Numbered from the stretch's first letter, positions 16,567 to 27,494 are shown. The stretch: DNA of 64,000 nt from an uncultured virus (IMG/VR IMGVR_UViG_3300032287_003803) (IMGVR_UViG_3300032287_003803); one strand, 5' to 3'. The notes: generated by a model from the letters alone, not told the origin. Translations and numbers: made by a program.

Positions 16567-17292
16567 TCAGTTTGTTTCATGGAATAATTTAATTTCTCCT
16601 TCAAGAGTTTCTACAATATAAGACTTGTTTTCCACAAAATCGCCGCAGTTGTAGTAGTTTATTTTTGATTTTTTAATTTTAGGAGTGTGGATGTGACCGC
16701 AGACTACGCTATCAACCCCTTGAGATTCTGCATAATCAGTCAAAGTGTCCTCAAAAGATGAAACATAATTAACAACCTCTTTTGTTTTTGCTTTTAGGAA
16801 TTTGCTCAATGACCAGTATCCAAAACCAAAAAAATGCCTAACGCGATTAAATTGCACATTCGTAATTATTAACCACTCATACAAGACGCTGCCAACATGT
16901 TGAAGCCATTTGTTATATTTTACTATGCCGTCAAACTGATGGCCGTGAATTAAAAGAATTTTTTCTCCGCTCGCTGTTTGGTAAAAGTGTTTTTCCTTGA
17001 TGGAAATGTTTCCGAAGCTTTGGTCTTTAAATTTGTATAAAAATTCATCATGGTTGCCAATGATGTAAACAATATTAGAGCCTTTTCTTGCGGCACGAAA
17101 GATTTTCTGCAAAAAAGTATTGGCATTTTCGTCCCAAGAAAATGAACGGCGAAGCTTCCAGCCGTCGATGATGTCTCCTACTAAGAAGATATTCTCAAAT
17201 TCGTTTTCTCTAAGAACATTCAGCAAATGCTCAATGTTGGTGTGGTTTACACCCAAATGAACATCTGATATAAAAAGACTTTTATACTTCAT
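16567..17292 (-). CDS. Calcineurin-like metallophosphoesterase (LpxH-like UDP-2,3-diacylglucosamine hydrolase family)
   Basis: FISDVHLG, LVGDIID, GNHD, IHGHQFD, CGHIH motifs. Confidence 0.85.
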   Translation of the reverse strand: MKYKSLFISDVHLGVNHTNIEHLLNVLRENEFENIFLVGDIIDGWKLRRSFSWDENANTFLQKIFRAARKGSNIVYIIGNHDEFLYKFKDQSFGNISIKEKHFYQTASGEKILLIHGHQFDGIVKYNKWLQHVGSVLYEWLIITNVQFNRVRHFFGFGYWSLSKFLKAKTKEVVNYVSSFEDTLTDYAESQGVDSVVCGHIHTPKIKKSKINYYNCGDFVENKSYIVETLEGEIKLFHETN

Positions 17293-17977
17293 TGTTTGAT
17301 TTTATACTCAATTTCAATTTCCACAAGCTCAAATTCAAGAAAGTTTAGGGCAGCATATTTTTGACCATCCATAGTGCTGCGTATCAAGTCTTCTTCAATG
17401 ATGTTTCTTGCTTTGTACAGACAATCGGTGTCAAATTCATCAGTTAAATAAATTTCAACATTGTATCCCAACCGCTCAAAAACAACCCACTGGCCTGTTG
17501 GCTTGTGACGGTATGCGAATTTTGTTTCTTTAAAGATCATATTTTCTTTCCTCTTCTGAGTATTTTGATTTTTGATGGAGGGATTCAATAAAGTCATCCC
17601 AACAGATTTCCTTTTCAATGATTTTGTGGCTCATGTGTTTATTATAGAGAGTTTCCTTATCTTGTCAACTGATTTAACCTGGAGAATTTAACCATTCTTC
17701 CCAAAAATCAATAGGTTTGGGATTTAAATATTCCTCATCAATAATGACAATTCCAGAATAATCTGTTGGTGAAATATATTCACAATCGCATCTTTCAACG
17801 GAAATGTGTCTTTTTTCTCCTTTTATAATTACGGTTCCAGAGTGGAAAGCATAACGACTCCACATTCCATCATCGCCGCTTGTTACAATGAATTCCGTTC
17901 CCTTTTTAAAGGGATAAGAGTCATTAATTAGTCTTACTGTTGTCATTTTCGCTAATATAATAGCGATTGTATTATTG

Positions 17978-18727
17978 TCAACAGTTTTTTTCAATCAAAT
18001 TCAATTCTTCCACTGAAACGAGTGTGGCTTGTGCGCTTTTGTCATAATAAGCTTTTTCGAGCCATTTTTCGCGCCAAAAAACTTTTCCGCCGTTCACTTT
18101 TAAACTCTTTTTAATCTCATCGTCAGAGTATCCTTTGGCCCTCAAAGCGGGATAAAGGGGAACAAAAGAAGGATTCGCCGCAGAAACCGTTTGAGGTTTC
18201 GCAGCGCCATTAATGAGATTAATGATGGAGTTTTTATTGATTTTGCCGCCAGGACATGTTTTAGTTGTCTTGGGATCATCACGGTGAAACAAAACAGTTT
18301 TGTTGTTGATTGGCAGCTTTAACCAATCAAGTAGTAATTTTGTTGCGGCTGCTGTTGTTTGCCAGCATTGCAATCCTCTGCCCTTGGTTGGGTCTTCATT
18401 GTCATAGTCGCCAAGAACTTCAATGCCAATAGACATGCGATTAAAGCTGGAAGCATGAACGCCAGTTTCAGTGAGAGGCGTCATGCCCCAAATTTGATCT
18501 TCGTCAACAAAAAGATGAGGGCCACTTTTCCACCCAAGCTGGTTGGAATAATAACTTTTTAAATTCTCAAGATGTTTGGCCAAAAAGCCATCTGGTCTTT
18601 GATTAAGTGAGGGAGCAGCAGTATGATGCAAACACACAGCTTTTGCCCACGACGGAGCTTTAATTGAATTTAAATATTGAGCGAAACCTTCAACTGTCCA
18701 AACTTTTCCAGTGTTGCTAAAAGACAT
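17978..18727 (-). CDS. N-acetylmuramoyl-L-alanine amidase (endolysin candidate)
   Basis: LHHTA, GPHLFVD, GVHA..FN..SIGIEVLG, FHRD...KTCPG Zn-amidase motifs. Confidence 0.85.
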   Translation of the reverse strand: MSFSNTGKVWTVEGFAQYLNSIKAPSWAKAVCLHHTAAPSLNQRPDGFLAKHLENLKSYYSNQLGWKSGPHLFVDEDQIWGMTPLTETGVHASSFNRMSIGIEVLGDYDNEDPTKGRGLQCWQTTAAATKLLLDWLKLPINNKTVLFHRDDPKTTKTCPGGKINKNSIINLINGAAKPQTVSAANPSFVPLYPALRAKGYSDDEIKKSLKVNGGKVFWREKWLEKAYYDKSAQATLVSVEELNLIEKNC

Positions 18728-19307
18728 ATATTAATAGTAACAAATTGGATGAAATTTTAAACCCAAGCAATCCGTTTGCCGCACAATGCTCTCGCAGGGG
18801 CGACCTGCATCCACTTCTGTAAGAGCATTGTTAATTTCCGTCATTTGGGTAACACCCTCCCTTGCGGGAGGCAGCGCCATCGGGATTTCGCTTGTGGCAG
18901 CGCGGCGGTTCGGGTTACCTGCGTTCCGAATTGGAGGGTTCATCAGCAGGTGAGTCATTCGCCTCCAAAAGTTTTTTAAGATTTTCCAAGACTCGGTTTT
19001 CAGTTTCATTGCGTTGATCAAGTGTTTCAGTTTCACAAAATTCTTGAATTTTTTCGGCTAATAGATTTTGTAATCTTTTTTCTGCTTCTTGGTAAGTATT
19101 AAAGCACTGTGCTATCTCTCCCAAAAGATAACCATGATGGCTCAATCGCCACTCTGATTTTTTGTAGGTAGAGAAGTTTTTTTCAATATAAAAGTGACAG
19201 TCACGATCTTTATGATGACTGCCGCTGATCAATTCATACCATAGTTCAAGAAGTTGTTTGGTGAAGGCTTGCATGGGTGACTAATTATGCCAGCAAAGCG
19301 CTTCTTG

Positions 19308-20543
19308 TCAAGCTAATAATGAAGATATTGGTTTTCCCTTGTCAGCAATCTTGAATGGTCGCCCTTCTGGAGAGATTAAAATCTGTTCAATTGGCAAACC
19401 AGCAGCAGCCGCGATTGTAGCATTAAAATCTTGCGGCGAAACAATGCCGTCTAAAACTCTCATGCCTTTCTCATCGCTCTTGCCATAGACTTGACCACCT
19501 TTGATTCCTGCGCCAATTAAAGCACTAGAAAATGCGCCAGGATGATGATCGCGCCCATCATTAACATTAATAATTGGAGTGCGGCCAAAGTCTGTGGTGA
19601 TCACAATAAGAGTTTTCTTCAACAAGCCAGAAGCTTGCAAGTCTTCAATTAGTGCAGTGAGAGCAGTGTCCAACACCATTAATTTATCTTCTAAAGCATC
19701 AAAATTATTAACATGAGTGTCCCAGCCACCGTCTGAAACTTCAATAAACTTGCACCCACCTTGTTCAACAAGTCTCTTGGCAAGGCAAACGCCTTGACCG
19801 AAACGATTGTTGCCATATTTTTCTCGCTTCTCTGCGGATTCTTTGGTGAGGTCAAAAACATCAAGCTCGGAAGAGTTGAGCAAACGAACAGTTTGATCGT
19901 AGAATTCTGCGTAGCTTTTCTCTGATGGATTTGCAGCCTTCATCGCATCACGTTCAATCTTCTTTAAGATTTCAATGCGCTTGCTGAATTCATCTTTGTT
20001 TTTGATTTTTGCGTTTTCCAAACCGCGAAGAGGGTCTTGGATTGGAATGGGAGAATATTTCTTAGCCATCCAGCCTGCGCCAGGATGATCTGCGGGACCA
20101 CTAATTAAAACATTTTGTGGGATGTTGATTTTTTCTTCATTGTCTTGCATTCTGCACATCCAAGCTCCCATGTTTGGGTGAACGATTGTGCCAATCTTCT
20201 TGTAGCTTGTGCGCTGAAGGTATTGAGCTTGTTCGTGCGCTCCTGTGTTTACCATCATGCTGCGAATTAGTGCCATTTTATCACCATGTTTGGCGAGTTT
20301 TGGCAAGTGTTCGCTGATAGAATAGTCTGCGTTTGTATTAATAGAATTAAATTTGCCCTTCACTTCTGCATCTTTTTTAGGATCGAAAGTATCAAGATGG
20401 CTCATGCCGCCATTCATAAACAAATAAATAATGTGTTCTGCTTTGTTGGCAGATTGCGCAGCATGGATTTCTGGCAGCACAGAAACGCCTAAGCCTGCAC
20501 TGGCTAGACGAAGAACGAAGTCGCGACGATGGATAGAGTTCAT
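19308..20543 (-). CDS. DUF1501-domain protein with Tat-like signal (PVC signature family)
   Basis: RRDFV signal; LFMNGGMSHLDTFDPK, GQGVCLAKRLVE.G, GGWDTH, TDFGRTP, GRDHHP. Confidence 0.9.
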   Translation of the reverse strand: MNSIHRRDFVLRLASAGLGVSVLPEIHAAQSANKAEHIIYLFMNGGMSHLDTFDPKKDAEVKGKFNSINTNADYSISEHLPKLAKHGDKMALIRSMMVNTGAHEQAQYLQRTSYKKIGTIVHPNMGAWMCRMQDNEEKINIPQNVLISGPADHPGAGWMAKKYSPIPIQDPLRGLENAKIKNKDEFSKRIEILKKIERDAMKAANPSEKSYAEFYDQTVRLLNSSELDVFDLTKESAEKREKYGNNRFGQGVCLAKRLVEQGGCKFIEVSDGGWDTHVNNFDALEDKLMVLDTALTALIEDLQASGLLKKTLIVITTDFGRTPIINVNDGRDHHPGAFSSALIGAGIKGGQVYGKSDEKGMRVLDGIVSPQDFNATIAAAAGLPIEQILISPEGRPFKIADKGKPISSLLA

Positions 20544-20547
20544 GGGA

Positions 20548-22317
20548 TTAATTAGAGAATTTAAATTCAGTTGAATTGAGAAGTGCCCAAATAACGTCGT
20601 CGTCATTTGCGCCAAGGAATGTGGCTTTTTCAGACAGTGTTGGCTTGCGGCTCAAAATGCTTTTGTAAATAACTTCCATCTTTTCAGAGGGAGATTTGCC
20701 AACCAAAGACTTTATTAAAGTTGTTTCTTTGTTTGTGGCAACGCTGGCAAGCTGCCCATTCATGAAAGAGATGACTTGAGTTACTGAACCTTCCAAGGAA
20801 GATGTTTGAATGAGTTCTCGATCACTGCGGCCAAGCTGCGCAAGAATAGTATTTGTTTGATTGGCATCATTGATTTCAGAAGCTCTTGCAACAACAATGC
20901 TAGTGATCTTTGGCGCAAGAGAGTATTTTTCGCGCATGATTTGATTGTATTTTTCTAGCTTCATTCTCATCTTCTCTAACGAAATGTCTTCAATGGTTGT
21001 TAGCATATTTTTTGAGTATTCAGTATGAAATTCTGTTTTGTATTTTTCGGGACTCTCAACGCAAAGAGCCACAACAGAATCCCAAAGCTGCTCAGCAGAA
21101 AGCCTGCGCTTCACTGGACCAATAAAAATAAACTTTTCACTATCAGAGAAAGCTCCGCTGTATGTTTGCCGTTGAAAGAGTTTTGTGTTGCACAAAACAA
21201 ATAGAAACTTTTGGCTATCATAGTTTAAATCAACAAAAATATTAGCTAACGTATTCATTAGTTCGCTGTTTAAAGCGTCACTGTCATGAATGTTGTCATA
21301 CTCTGAAATGATGTATTTGCCAAAAATTAAGTTCCAGTAGCGATTCACAATGTTCTTTGTGAAGGTGGGATGATTAGGGTTGCAGAGCCAAGCCACTGCA
21401 TCTTGTCGCAAATCTTCTTTGTTTTTAATCTTTCCTTTACCATCAAGAGTGCTTGGAGCAACAACATCGTTTGGTTTCGCGTCTTTGTATTGGTAATCGT
21501 GAGGAAGTTTTAATTCTTTTGTTGAGACAATTTCAAGATCAGATTGAGTTGCGCGAACAAAGTTATTGATTTGATTGTTTAAGCCACGATTCTTTACAGG
21601 ATCGCTCTTGATGAGAGCGTCAATGGTTTCTCTCAAGGTTTTGATCTTTTCGCGTGTTTCTTTTGATTCTTTTGGGCGAAGCTCAACTTGATTGAACATT
21701 GCAGCCATTTTGTAGAACTGCATTTGTGTGAAGTCTTGGAAAGGATCATCGTGGCACTGTGCGCAGCTAATGTCTGTGCCTAAAAATACTTTGTTTGTGG
21801 CAATCAAATTATCAAGAGGCATTCCTACATCTCTGTAGTAGTAACCAGTGGCAGGACTAGAGTAGTAATTGCCAGAGCTTAAGAGTAAATCTTTAACAAA
21901 CAAATCGTATGGTTTGTTTGCAGCGATGCAGTCTTTGACGTAATCAATGTAGGGGCCACCATTAAAATTATTGATTGGCGAAAGCTTTTCGCGCATTCTA
22001 AGACTGTCTGCCCAAAAATTAAACATGTGCGAAACATGGCCAGGATGTTTTAACAGGTGCTTGATTAATTGTGTCTTTTTATCACTAGCAGAAGCTTCAA
22101 AATACATTTTGTGCTCTTCAAAAGTTGGATTGCGGCCAATGATTGTCAAGTATGCTCGGCGTAAAAAAACCTCTTCGCTCACTGGGGCAAGAGGTTGGAT
22201 TTTAGAGTTTAAACATTGTTTTTCGAGCACAGCGTCAATCTTTAAAGAAGAGAGGTTCAAATCAGCGCAGAAACTCCATGACACTAGACCAAACAAGATT
22301 AAAAGTATTTTTTTCAT
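20548..22317 (-). CDS. DUF1549/DUF1553-domain secreted protein (PVC signature family)
   Basis: FLRRAYLTIIGRNPT, NKPYD.FV..LL, FLG..ISCAQCHDDP (CxxCH), IVNRYW..IFG, RRLSAEQLWDS, WALLNSTEF. Confidence 0.9.
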   Translation of the reverse strand: MKKILLILFGLVSWSFCADLNLSSLKIDAVLEKQCLNSKIQPLAPVSEEVFLRRAYLTIIGRNPTFEEHKMYFEASASDKKTQLIKHLLKHPGHVSHMFNFWADSLRMREKLSPINNFNGGPYIDYVKDCIAANKPYDLFVKDLLLSSGNYYSSPATGYYYRDVGMPLDNLIATNKVFLGTDISCAQCHDDPFQDFTQMQFYKMAAMFNQVELRPKESKETREKIKTLRETIDALIKSDPVKNRGLNNQINNFVRATQSDLEIVSTKELKLPHDYQYKDAKPNDVVAPSTLDGKGKIKNKEDLRQDAVAWLCNPNHPTFTKNIVNRYWNLIFGKYIISEYDNIHDSDALNSELMNTLANIFVDLNYDSQKFLFVLCNTKLFQRQTYSGAFSDSEKFIFIGPVKRRLSAEQLWDSVVALCVESPEKYKTEFHTEYSKNMLTTIEDISLEKMRMKLEKYNQIMREKYSLAPKITSIVVARASEINDANQTNTILAQLGRSDRELIQTSSLEGSVTQVISFMNGQLASVATNKETTLIKSLVGKSPSEKMEVIYKSILSRKPTLSEKATFLGANDDDVIWALLNSTEFKFSN

Positions 22318-22391
22318 AAGCCTTTAGTATTTTACACTTTTTAAAAAGGTTTTGAAGCGTGCAATCTTTCAACATAAGTGTAAAAATAATT

Positions 22392-23678
22392 ATGCCAACG
22401 CCTACACCAACGCCTACACCAACACCAACACCAACACCTCCGCCGTTTTATGATCATAATGGAACAAGCTGCAATGGCGCTTTGGTAGCGATTTATACAG
22501 CTTCTGCCATTTTTTCCACCAGTGATATTGCTTATTCTGATTCAGGTGGGACATCCCCTTACAATGGATATTTTATTTATAGTGGAATTATTTATTATTA
22601 TTCAAGCGGTACTGGCACAACAATAAATTCTTACCCTCACGCTGGAACAGATTGCAGTGGTAATTCTGTAACAATTTATACAGCTTCTGCCAGCTTTTTA
22701 TTCAGTAATACTGCTTATTCTGATCAGTGTCTCACATCGGACTATTCTGGATATTTTATTTATAACAATTATACGTATCTCTATTCTGCTGGCAACGCCT
22801 CTTTAAGCTCTTGCCCGCCGCCGCCTCCAACGCCGCCTCCAACGCCGCCTCCAACGCCGCCACCAGCTACTTATTATCCTTATAATGGAACAGATTGCAG
22901 CGGCAATAATATCACGATTTATATAATCGGTACGAGTTTTAATTTTTTTGATGTTGCTTATACAGACAATGGCTTAACAACTTACAGTGGTTATTTCATT
23001 TATAGTGGAAACGTTTATTCATATACTAGCGGTACTGCCACAATAATAAATTCTTACGGTCATTCTTTGACAGATTGTATTTATGGTCCAGTAACAATTT
23101 ATACTAATAGCTCTACATTTCTTATTTTTAGTACAGCTTACACCAATCAGTGTTTAACTACGCTTTTTAATGGAAGCATTATTTACGGTGGAAATACTTA
23201 TAAATATTCGAGCGGTATTGCTTCTCAGTCCTATGCTTATGTTGGAACAGATTGCAGCGGTGGTTCTTTAACGATTTACACAAATCAAGCTTCTTTTTCA
23301 AGTTCTGATATTGCCTATGCGGATATTTGCCAAACAACACTTTATAATGGATATTTTATTTATAGCACCAGTACATATCTCTATGTTGATGGCATAGGTT
23401 CACTCTCTGATTGTCCATCTCCCGCACCATCTTACACTAATCCTAACATTCTAAAAGCAGACATCCATTCAAGCTACGCAACTGGCTCTGGAGCTTGGCA
23501 AACTTATAGAGCTAATGTGACTGGATTGTTTGTTTCAAATTCTGGCGCAAACAGAGCAGACTATCGTGATCACCTTGTTAGAGAATTTAATCGTAAAATC
23601 AGCATTTTAAATCAGCCCACGGGATTGTTTATCAGGCCGTTTGACAATGGTTTTAGGTTTACGGGAGTTTCAATATAA
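22392..23678 (+). CDS. Pro/Thr-rich repeat protein, probable virion surface/fibre protein
   Basis: (PT)n N-terminus, P-rich linker, repeated GTDCSG..TIYT...AY.D..YSGYFIY modules. Confidence 0.75.
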   Translation: MPTPTPTPTPTPTPTPPPFYDHNGTSCNGALVAIYTASAIFSTSDIAYSDSGGTSPYNGYFIYSGIIYYYSSGTGTTINSYPHAGTDCSGNSVTIYTASASFLFSNTAYSDQCLTSDYSGYFIYNNYTYLYSAGNASLSSCPPPPPTPPPTPPPTPPPATYYPYNGTDCSGNNITIYIIGTSFNFFDVAYTDNGLTTYSGYFIYSGNVYSYTSGTATIINSYGHSLTDCIYGPVTIYTNSSTFLIFSTAYTNQCLTTLFNGSIIYGGNTYKYSSGIASQSYAYVGTDCSGGSLTIYTNQASFSSSDIAYADICQTTLYNGYFIYSTSTYLYVDGIGSLSDCPSPAPSYTNPNILKADIHSSYATGSGAWQTYRANVTGLFVSNSGANRADYRDHLVREFNRKISILNQPTGLFIRPFDNGFRFTGVSI

Positions 23679-23680
23679 AG

Positions 23681-23712
23681 AAAAAGAGCGGGAGAAATCC
23701 CGCTCTTTTTTT
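23681..23712. terminator. Bidirectional intrinsic terminator
   Basis: AAAAGAGCGGGA-GAAA-TCCCGCTCTTTT between convergent genes. Confidence 0.85.
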
Positions 23713-23750
23713 AATTCTTTTATTTAGGAATCAAGATGAAAAGTTTCCAA

Positions 23751-24139
23751 TCAAGTTAAGGGCACATTTGGAAAGATTGGCAACGAACAAATTGCACTTA
23801 AACTCGCGCCACTTGTAGCTTTGGTAGTGAGAGTAATAGTATTATTGATTCGTGAAACCGTTAAGCTTGATGAAAATGTTAATTGAACGTAGTCTCCAAA
23901 ACCAATCGCAATAGCTTGGGGATTATAATCTGTATCTGATCCATCATTATCAAACCAAATGCCAACATCTGAAAAATACTCTTGGCCTAAACTAAAAGAA
24001 TACTGAACACCGTTTATTGTTAGAAAAAAATTGCTACTAGCTATAACTCCATAACCAAACGTAATCGTCAAACTAGCAGGCCCACCACTTTTTTAGCAGA
24101 AAAATATATTGATCCTAGTCCTGGGCCTATTTTAATCAT
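23751..24139 (-). CDS. Probable virion protein interrupted by a frameshift at an A6 run
   Basis: ATG 24139 reads MIKIGPGLGSIYFSAKK; the -1 frame continues SGGPASLTITFGYG to 23751. Confidence 0.5.
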
Positions 24140-24142
24140 TTT

Positions 24143-24418
24143 TTAAACAGCTTTAATAGCAATACATGAACCACTTGATAATTGAATACCAGTAAAGTTA
24201 CCAACAATTTCAGAGGGAACAGTGAAAGTTTTGCCGTTAAAATAGGAATCATTTTCTATATTTGATGTTTTAGTTCCAGCGTTAAAAATAAAACCTGAGT
24301 CTAAACTTCTGATAGCTCCCCAATTTCCAGTGAAAACGGCTGTGCCAGTAATAATAGTTGAACCAAATGCTCCAATAGCCATGCCTTGATATGTTTGTGG
24401 AGCCGAAGAAAGTGCCAT
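24143..24418 (-). CDS. Small beta-rich protein, probable structural/late gene
   Basis: Gly/Thr-rich, FTGIQLSSG C-terminus; GTGTA motif upstream. Confidence 0.7.
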   Translation of the reverse strand: MALSSAPQTYQGMAIGAFGSTIITGTAVFTGNWGAIRSLDSGFIFNAGTKTSNIENDSYFNGKTFTVPSEIVGNFTGIQLSSGSCIAIKAV

Positions 24419-24514
24419 ATCAATTATATACACTAATCGCTGACAAGATGAACGCAAAAAAGGAGTCAAGCGTTAAACTTGGCTCCCTAATTTTTTTGAT
24501 TTAAAAGACTGCGA

Positions 24515-25513
24515 TTAGTCTTCCAAGTCAATCTCTAGTCCTTCATCTCCTTCGCTCCAGAAGTATCCAAGATCATCAAGCGCTTCCAATACTCGATTCT
24601 TTGAAGGGTATTCAGGAGAGAAGCTGTTCTGGATTTTGCGAACAGTCACAGCAGAGTAGCCTTTCTTCTTTACGCCCTCAAGATACTTATCAATACGATC
24701 CAAAAAATCACAGCGACTCTGAACAGTTTCGTTCTGCAAAGGTTCATTGCTTTCGTCAACAACAGGAGCTTTGATTTCCTGCTCAAACACAGAAACAACC
24801 TTGTAAGCTGAAACTCGGCACTTTTGGCAAGAGTAGTCCTTTGGAACGCTCACAACGTCCTTTGGATTCACCTTGACCACCACAACAGAACCATGAGCAA
24901 AGTCGCGAGCATAGTCGAGACTGCCAACATGAAGACCAAATGAACAATGATGATCGCGATTGTCGTCAACATCGCGACGTTTCACTTCAATCTCTGCGCC
25001 AACAGTGTTGAGAATGCGGCCACGTTCATCTACAATGCCTTTAACAACCTTGGTTGCCTTGTTGCCACTGATGCTCCAGAAATCGTTTTCCAAGCCCTTG
25101 TAAGCAAGGAAACAGCCATCCTCAGTGATGGGGAGTTCCTTGTAAGCAAGAAATTCGTAGAGTTCGTTTACAGAAGAGGAGGAAGGATTGTCTTGAAGGT
25201 TTTGCCAAAACTTCTCAAACAAATTGAGCGGCAAACCTTCACGATGAATGGATCGCACCTTGTCTGCAAGAGCTTTTGGAAGAGTTTCGCCCTTGTAGAG
25301 AACCTCTTCTGGAGAGATTTTAAATCCATTCTTTTCAACACGCTCAGCAGTCTTTTCGAGCGCTTTGCGAATTGCAGCTTCTTGCTGATTTTCGGGAAGG
25401 TCAAATGCCTCAATGATTTTGGCGTATTGATTGGAACCCTTCTCGAATTTGATGGGCTTGTTGTCGAGGAACAGGACAATGCCTGCGTTGTTGATGATGT
25501 ATGAGAAGTTCAT
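24515..25513 (-). CDS. rIIB: rIIB-like protein
   Basis: LYEFL...LPITEDGCFLAYKG, V.RRDVDD...CSFGLHVGSLDYA, VNPKDVVSVP.DY...K.RV. Confidence 0.85.
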   Translation of the reverse strand: MNFSYIINNAGIVLFLDNKPIKFEKGSNQYAKIIEAFDLPENQQEAAIRKALEKTAERVEKNGFKISPEEVLYKGETLPKALADKVRSIHREGLPLNLFEKFWQNLQDNPSSSSVNELYEFLAYKELPITEDGCFLAYKGLENDFWSISGNKATKVVKGIVDERGRILNTVGAEIEVKRRDVDDNRDHHCSFGLHVGSLDYARDFAHGSVVVVKVNPKDVVSVPKDYSCQKCRVSAYKVVSVFEQEIKAPVVDESNEPLQNETVQSRCDFLDRIDKYLEGVKKKGYSAVTVRKIQNSFSPEYPSKNRVLEALDDLGYFWSEGDEGLEIDLED

Positions 25514-25553
25514 AATTCTGTTATTATAGTTTGGGTTGTGGGTTTGTCAAGGA

Positions 25554-27494
25554 TTATTTAAGGCGAAGAATGGTGCGAAGTTCTTTGCGAGAAATGCGAG
25601 GGCTTTTCGAGTAGTAAAATGAGCCGCTATCATGCATGGTTTCCATAATTTTGCCGCGAATAGAAGTTTCTTTTCTGATCTTATCAAATACACAGTTTGC
25701 TTTGACGCTGAATTTAGCATTACGCTCTGCTTTTTTAGCCAAGGCATCAATGACATCAACGCTCAAAAATTGCTTTCTAAGATTGCTGATGTTTTGGGCA
25801 ATGTTTCTTTTTTCATTCTCAAGTTGAGCCACTTGTTCATGCTTATTTTTATATTCTTCACTATCTACATCAAGAAAACCAAGGGAGATTAGATTCTTGT
25901 GCATGTTTGCACCGCGAACAACTGTGGTGGTGCAGCAAGAGTTTGAATTGGACTTTTTAACCGTAAACGCATTGAGTTTTCGCAAAGAATCAAAAGTCAT
26001 TTCACTAATGTTTTGCTTAGCTTGTGCAATGTTGCTGACGGATGCTAAATTATTATGCATGCTGCAAATATAATTATAAACGCCCAAAGCATCCAAGTGA
26101 AGGTTTCTATAGTTGCCTGATGTTTCTTTCAAGGAAACAGAGAAAGGAGTTTCCATAGATGGATTGGCTTTGCTTCTTTCAGTTTTTGGCAAACCAAAGA
26201 TGCTGCTTTTTACATTGCGCGTTTCAAAGATTTCATTAATCTTTTTCGTATCGCATTCTTCCAAATCCTTTGAGCAGATTAGGTAGTATTTTTTGCCATT
26301 TTTAATAGCAAAAGAGCTAAACTTCTCTCTCCAATATTCGAGAGTTCTGCGAGATTTAATGATGGCGCAGACTGGTTTGTTTTTGAACTTTTCAAAATCT
26401 GTTGCGCTGCCAATAACAGAAACACCTTGCACAAAAGGATAAATATCTTTATAAGCGTTCCTTTTATGAGATTGAAAATGTTCGCTTTCAACATAAACAT
26501 TGTTTCGGTCTTTGATTAACTCTTCTAAAGACATTGGCTTGACAGCCTTGATTTCTTCTTGAGCAGCTTCGACAACTGCTGCTTCAATAGCGCCAATAAC
26601 ACGATTGTTGCTAGCAGTGTTTTCGAAATTCTCACGCGAGATTGGCAAACTCATAGTTCCAATCGGAACATCAACACACAATATAATCCCTTCTTTAAGA
26701 AAGGGTGTTTTCAAGAACGAATCAATACGGCAATTTTTATAAGTCACATTGCCCATTTTAATGTGAAAATTGTTTGGTTCGAAGACGTTTCCTGATTTTT
26801 CGAAGAATCTGAAAGTGAAACCATTTTTTTCAATTTGCGACAGCGGCTTCATTGCTTCAATGCGTGCGCTCCAATCTTCAAAAACAATATTGGCTGAGCA
26901 ATATTCTACAAAACGAATACTCTTTTGTTTAAAATTGTTAATGTCCGAAGAGGATTTAATTTCCAAATAAACTTCCAAGCCAGTCTCTTGAGTGGCATCT
27001 TCACTCACTTTCAAGATGTGACCGACAGGAACGCCACTGTTTCCGCCGCCCAATGCACAAGCATAAAGCGTGCAAACGCCATTGTGGTAGCTTTTGATAT
27101 AGAAAGTATCAGTGTAGCAGTGCGCTGCTTTGGAACCAATGCCAAAACCACCGATTTGTTCATTATCGCCGCTCTTTGTGCTGCGGAAATACATGCCAAA
27201 CACATTACGAATATCATGCTCGCTCAAACCCTTGGCAAAGTCGCGAACAAAAAAGATGCTTGAGTCTCCTTCATTACGAATGCCAATCTCTACTGCTTTC
27301 TCAATCTTATGCTTTTTATGCTCGTCAAGAGCATTGCAAGCGTATTCGCGCACAACAGCTTGAACTTTGTCGCTGTAAATCTTGTCGCGAAGATAATAAG
27401 ATGCCATTTCTGAACCTTTAGCGTCCATTCCCATGACGGAAGAAGACATGTTTTCAGAAGTGATGAGAGGGTTTGCAATTGTTTGTGTTTTCAT
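25554..27494 (-). CDS. rIIA: rIIA-like protein (N-terminal GHKL ATPase)
   Basis: IYSDK..AVVREY..NALD, RDFAKGLS, YFRSTK...IGGFGIGSK; adjacent to rIIB. Confidence 0.85.
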   Translation of the reverse strand: MKTQTIANPLITSENMSSSVMGMDAKGSEMASYYLRDKIYSDKVQAVVREYACNALDEHKKHKIEKAVEIGIRNEGDSSIFFVRDFAKGLSEHDIRNVFGMYFRSTKSGDNEQIGGFGIGSKAAHCYTDTFYIKSYHNGVCTLYACALGGGNSGVPVGHILKVSEDATQETGLEVYLEIKSSSDINNFKQKSIRFVEYCSANIVFEDWSARIEAMKPLSQIEKNGFTFRFFEKSGNVFEPNNFHIKMGNVTYKNCRIDSFLKTPFLKEGIILCVDVPIGTMSLPISRENFENTASNNRVIGAIEAAVVEAAQEEIKAVKPMSLEELIKDRNNVYVESEHFQSHKRNAYKDIYPFVQGVSVIGSATDFEKFKNKPVCAIIKSRRTLEYWREKFSSFAIKNGKKYYLICSKDLEECDTKKINEIFETRNVKSSIFGLPKTERSKANPSMETPFSVSLKETSGNYRNLHLDALGVYNYICSMHNNLASVSNIAQAKQNISEMTFDSLRKLNAFTVKKSNSNSCCTTTVVRGANMHKNLISLGFLDVDSEEYKNKHEQVAQLENEKRNIAQNISNLRKQFLSVDVIDALAKKAERNAKFSVKANCVFDKIRKETSIRGKIMETMHDSGSFYYSKSPRISRKELRTILRLK

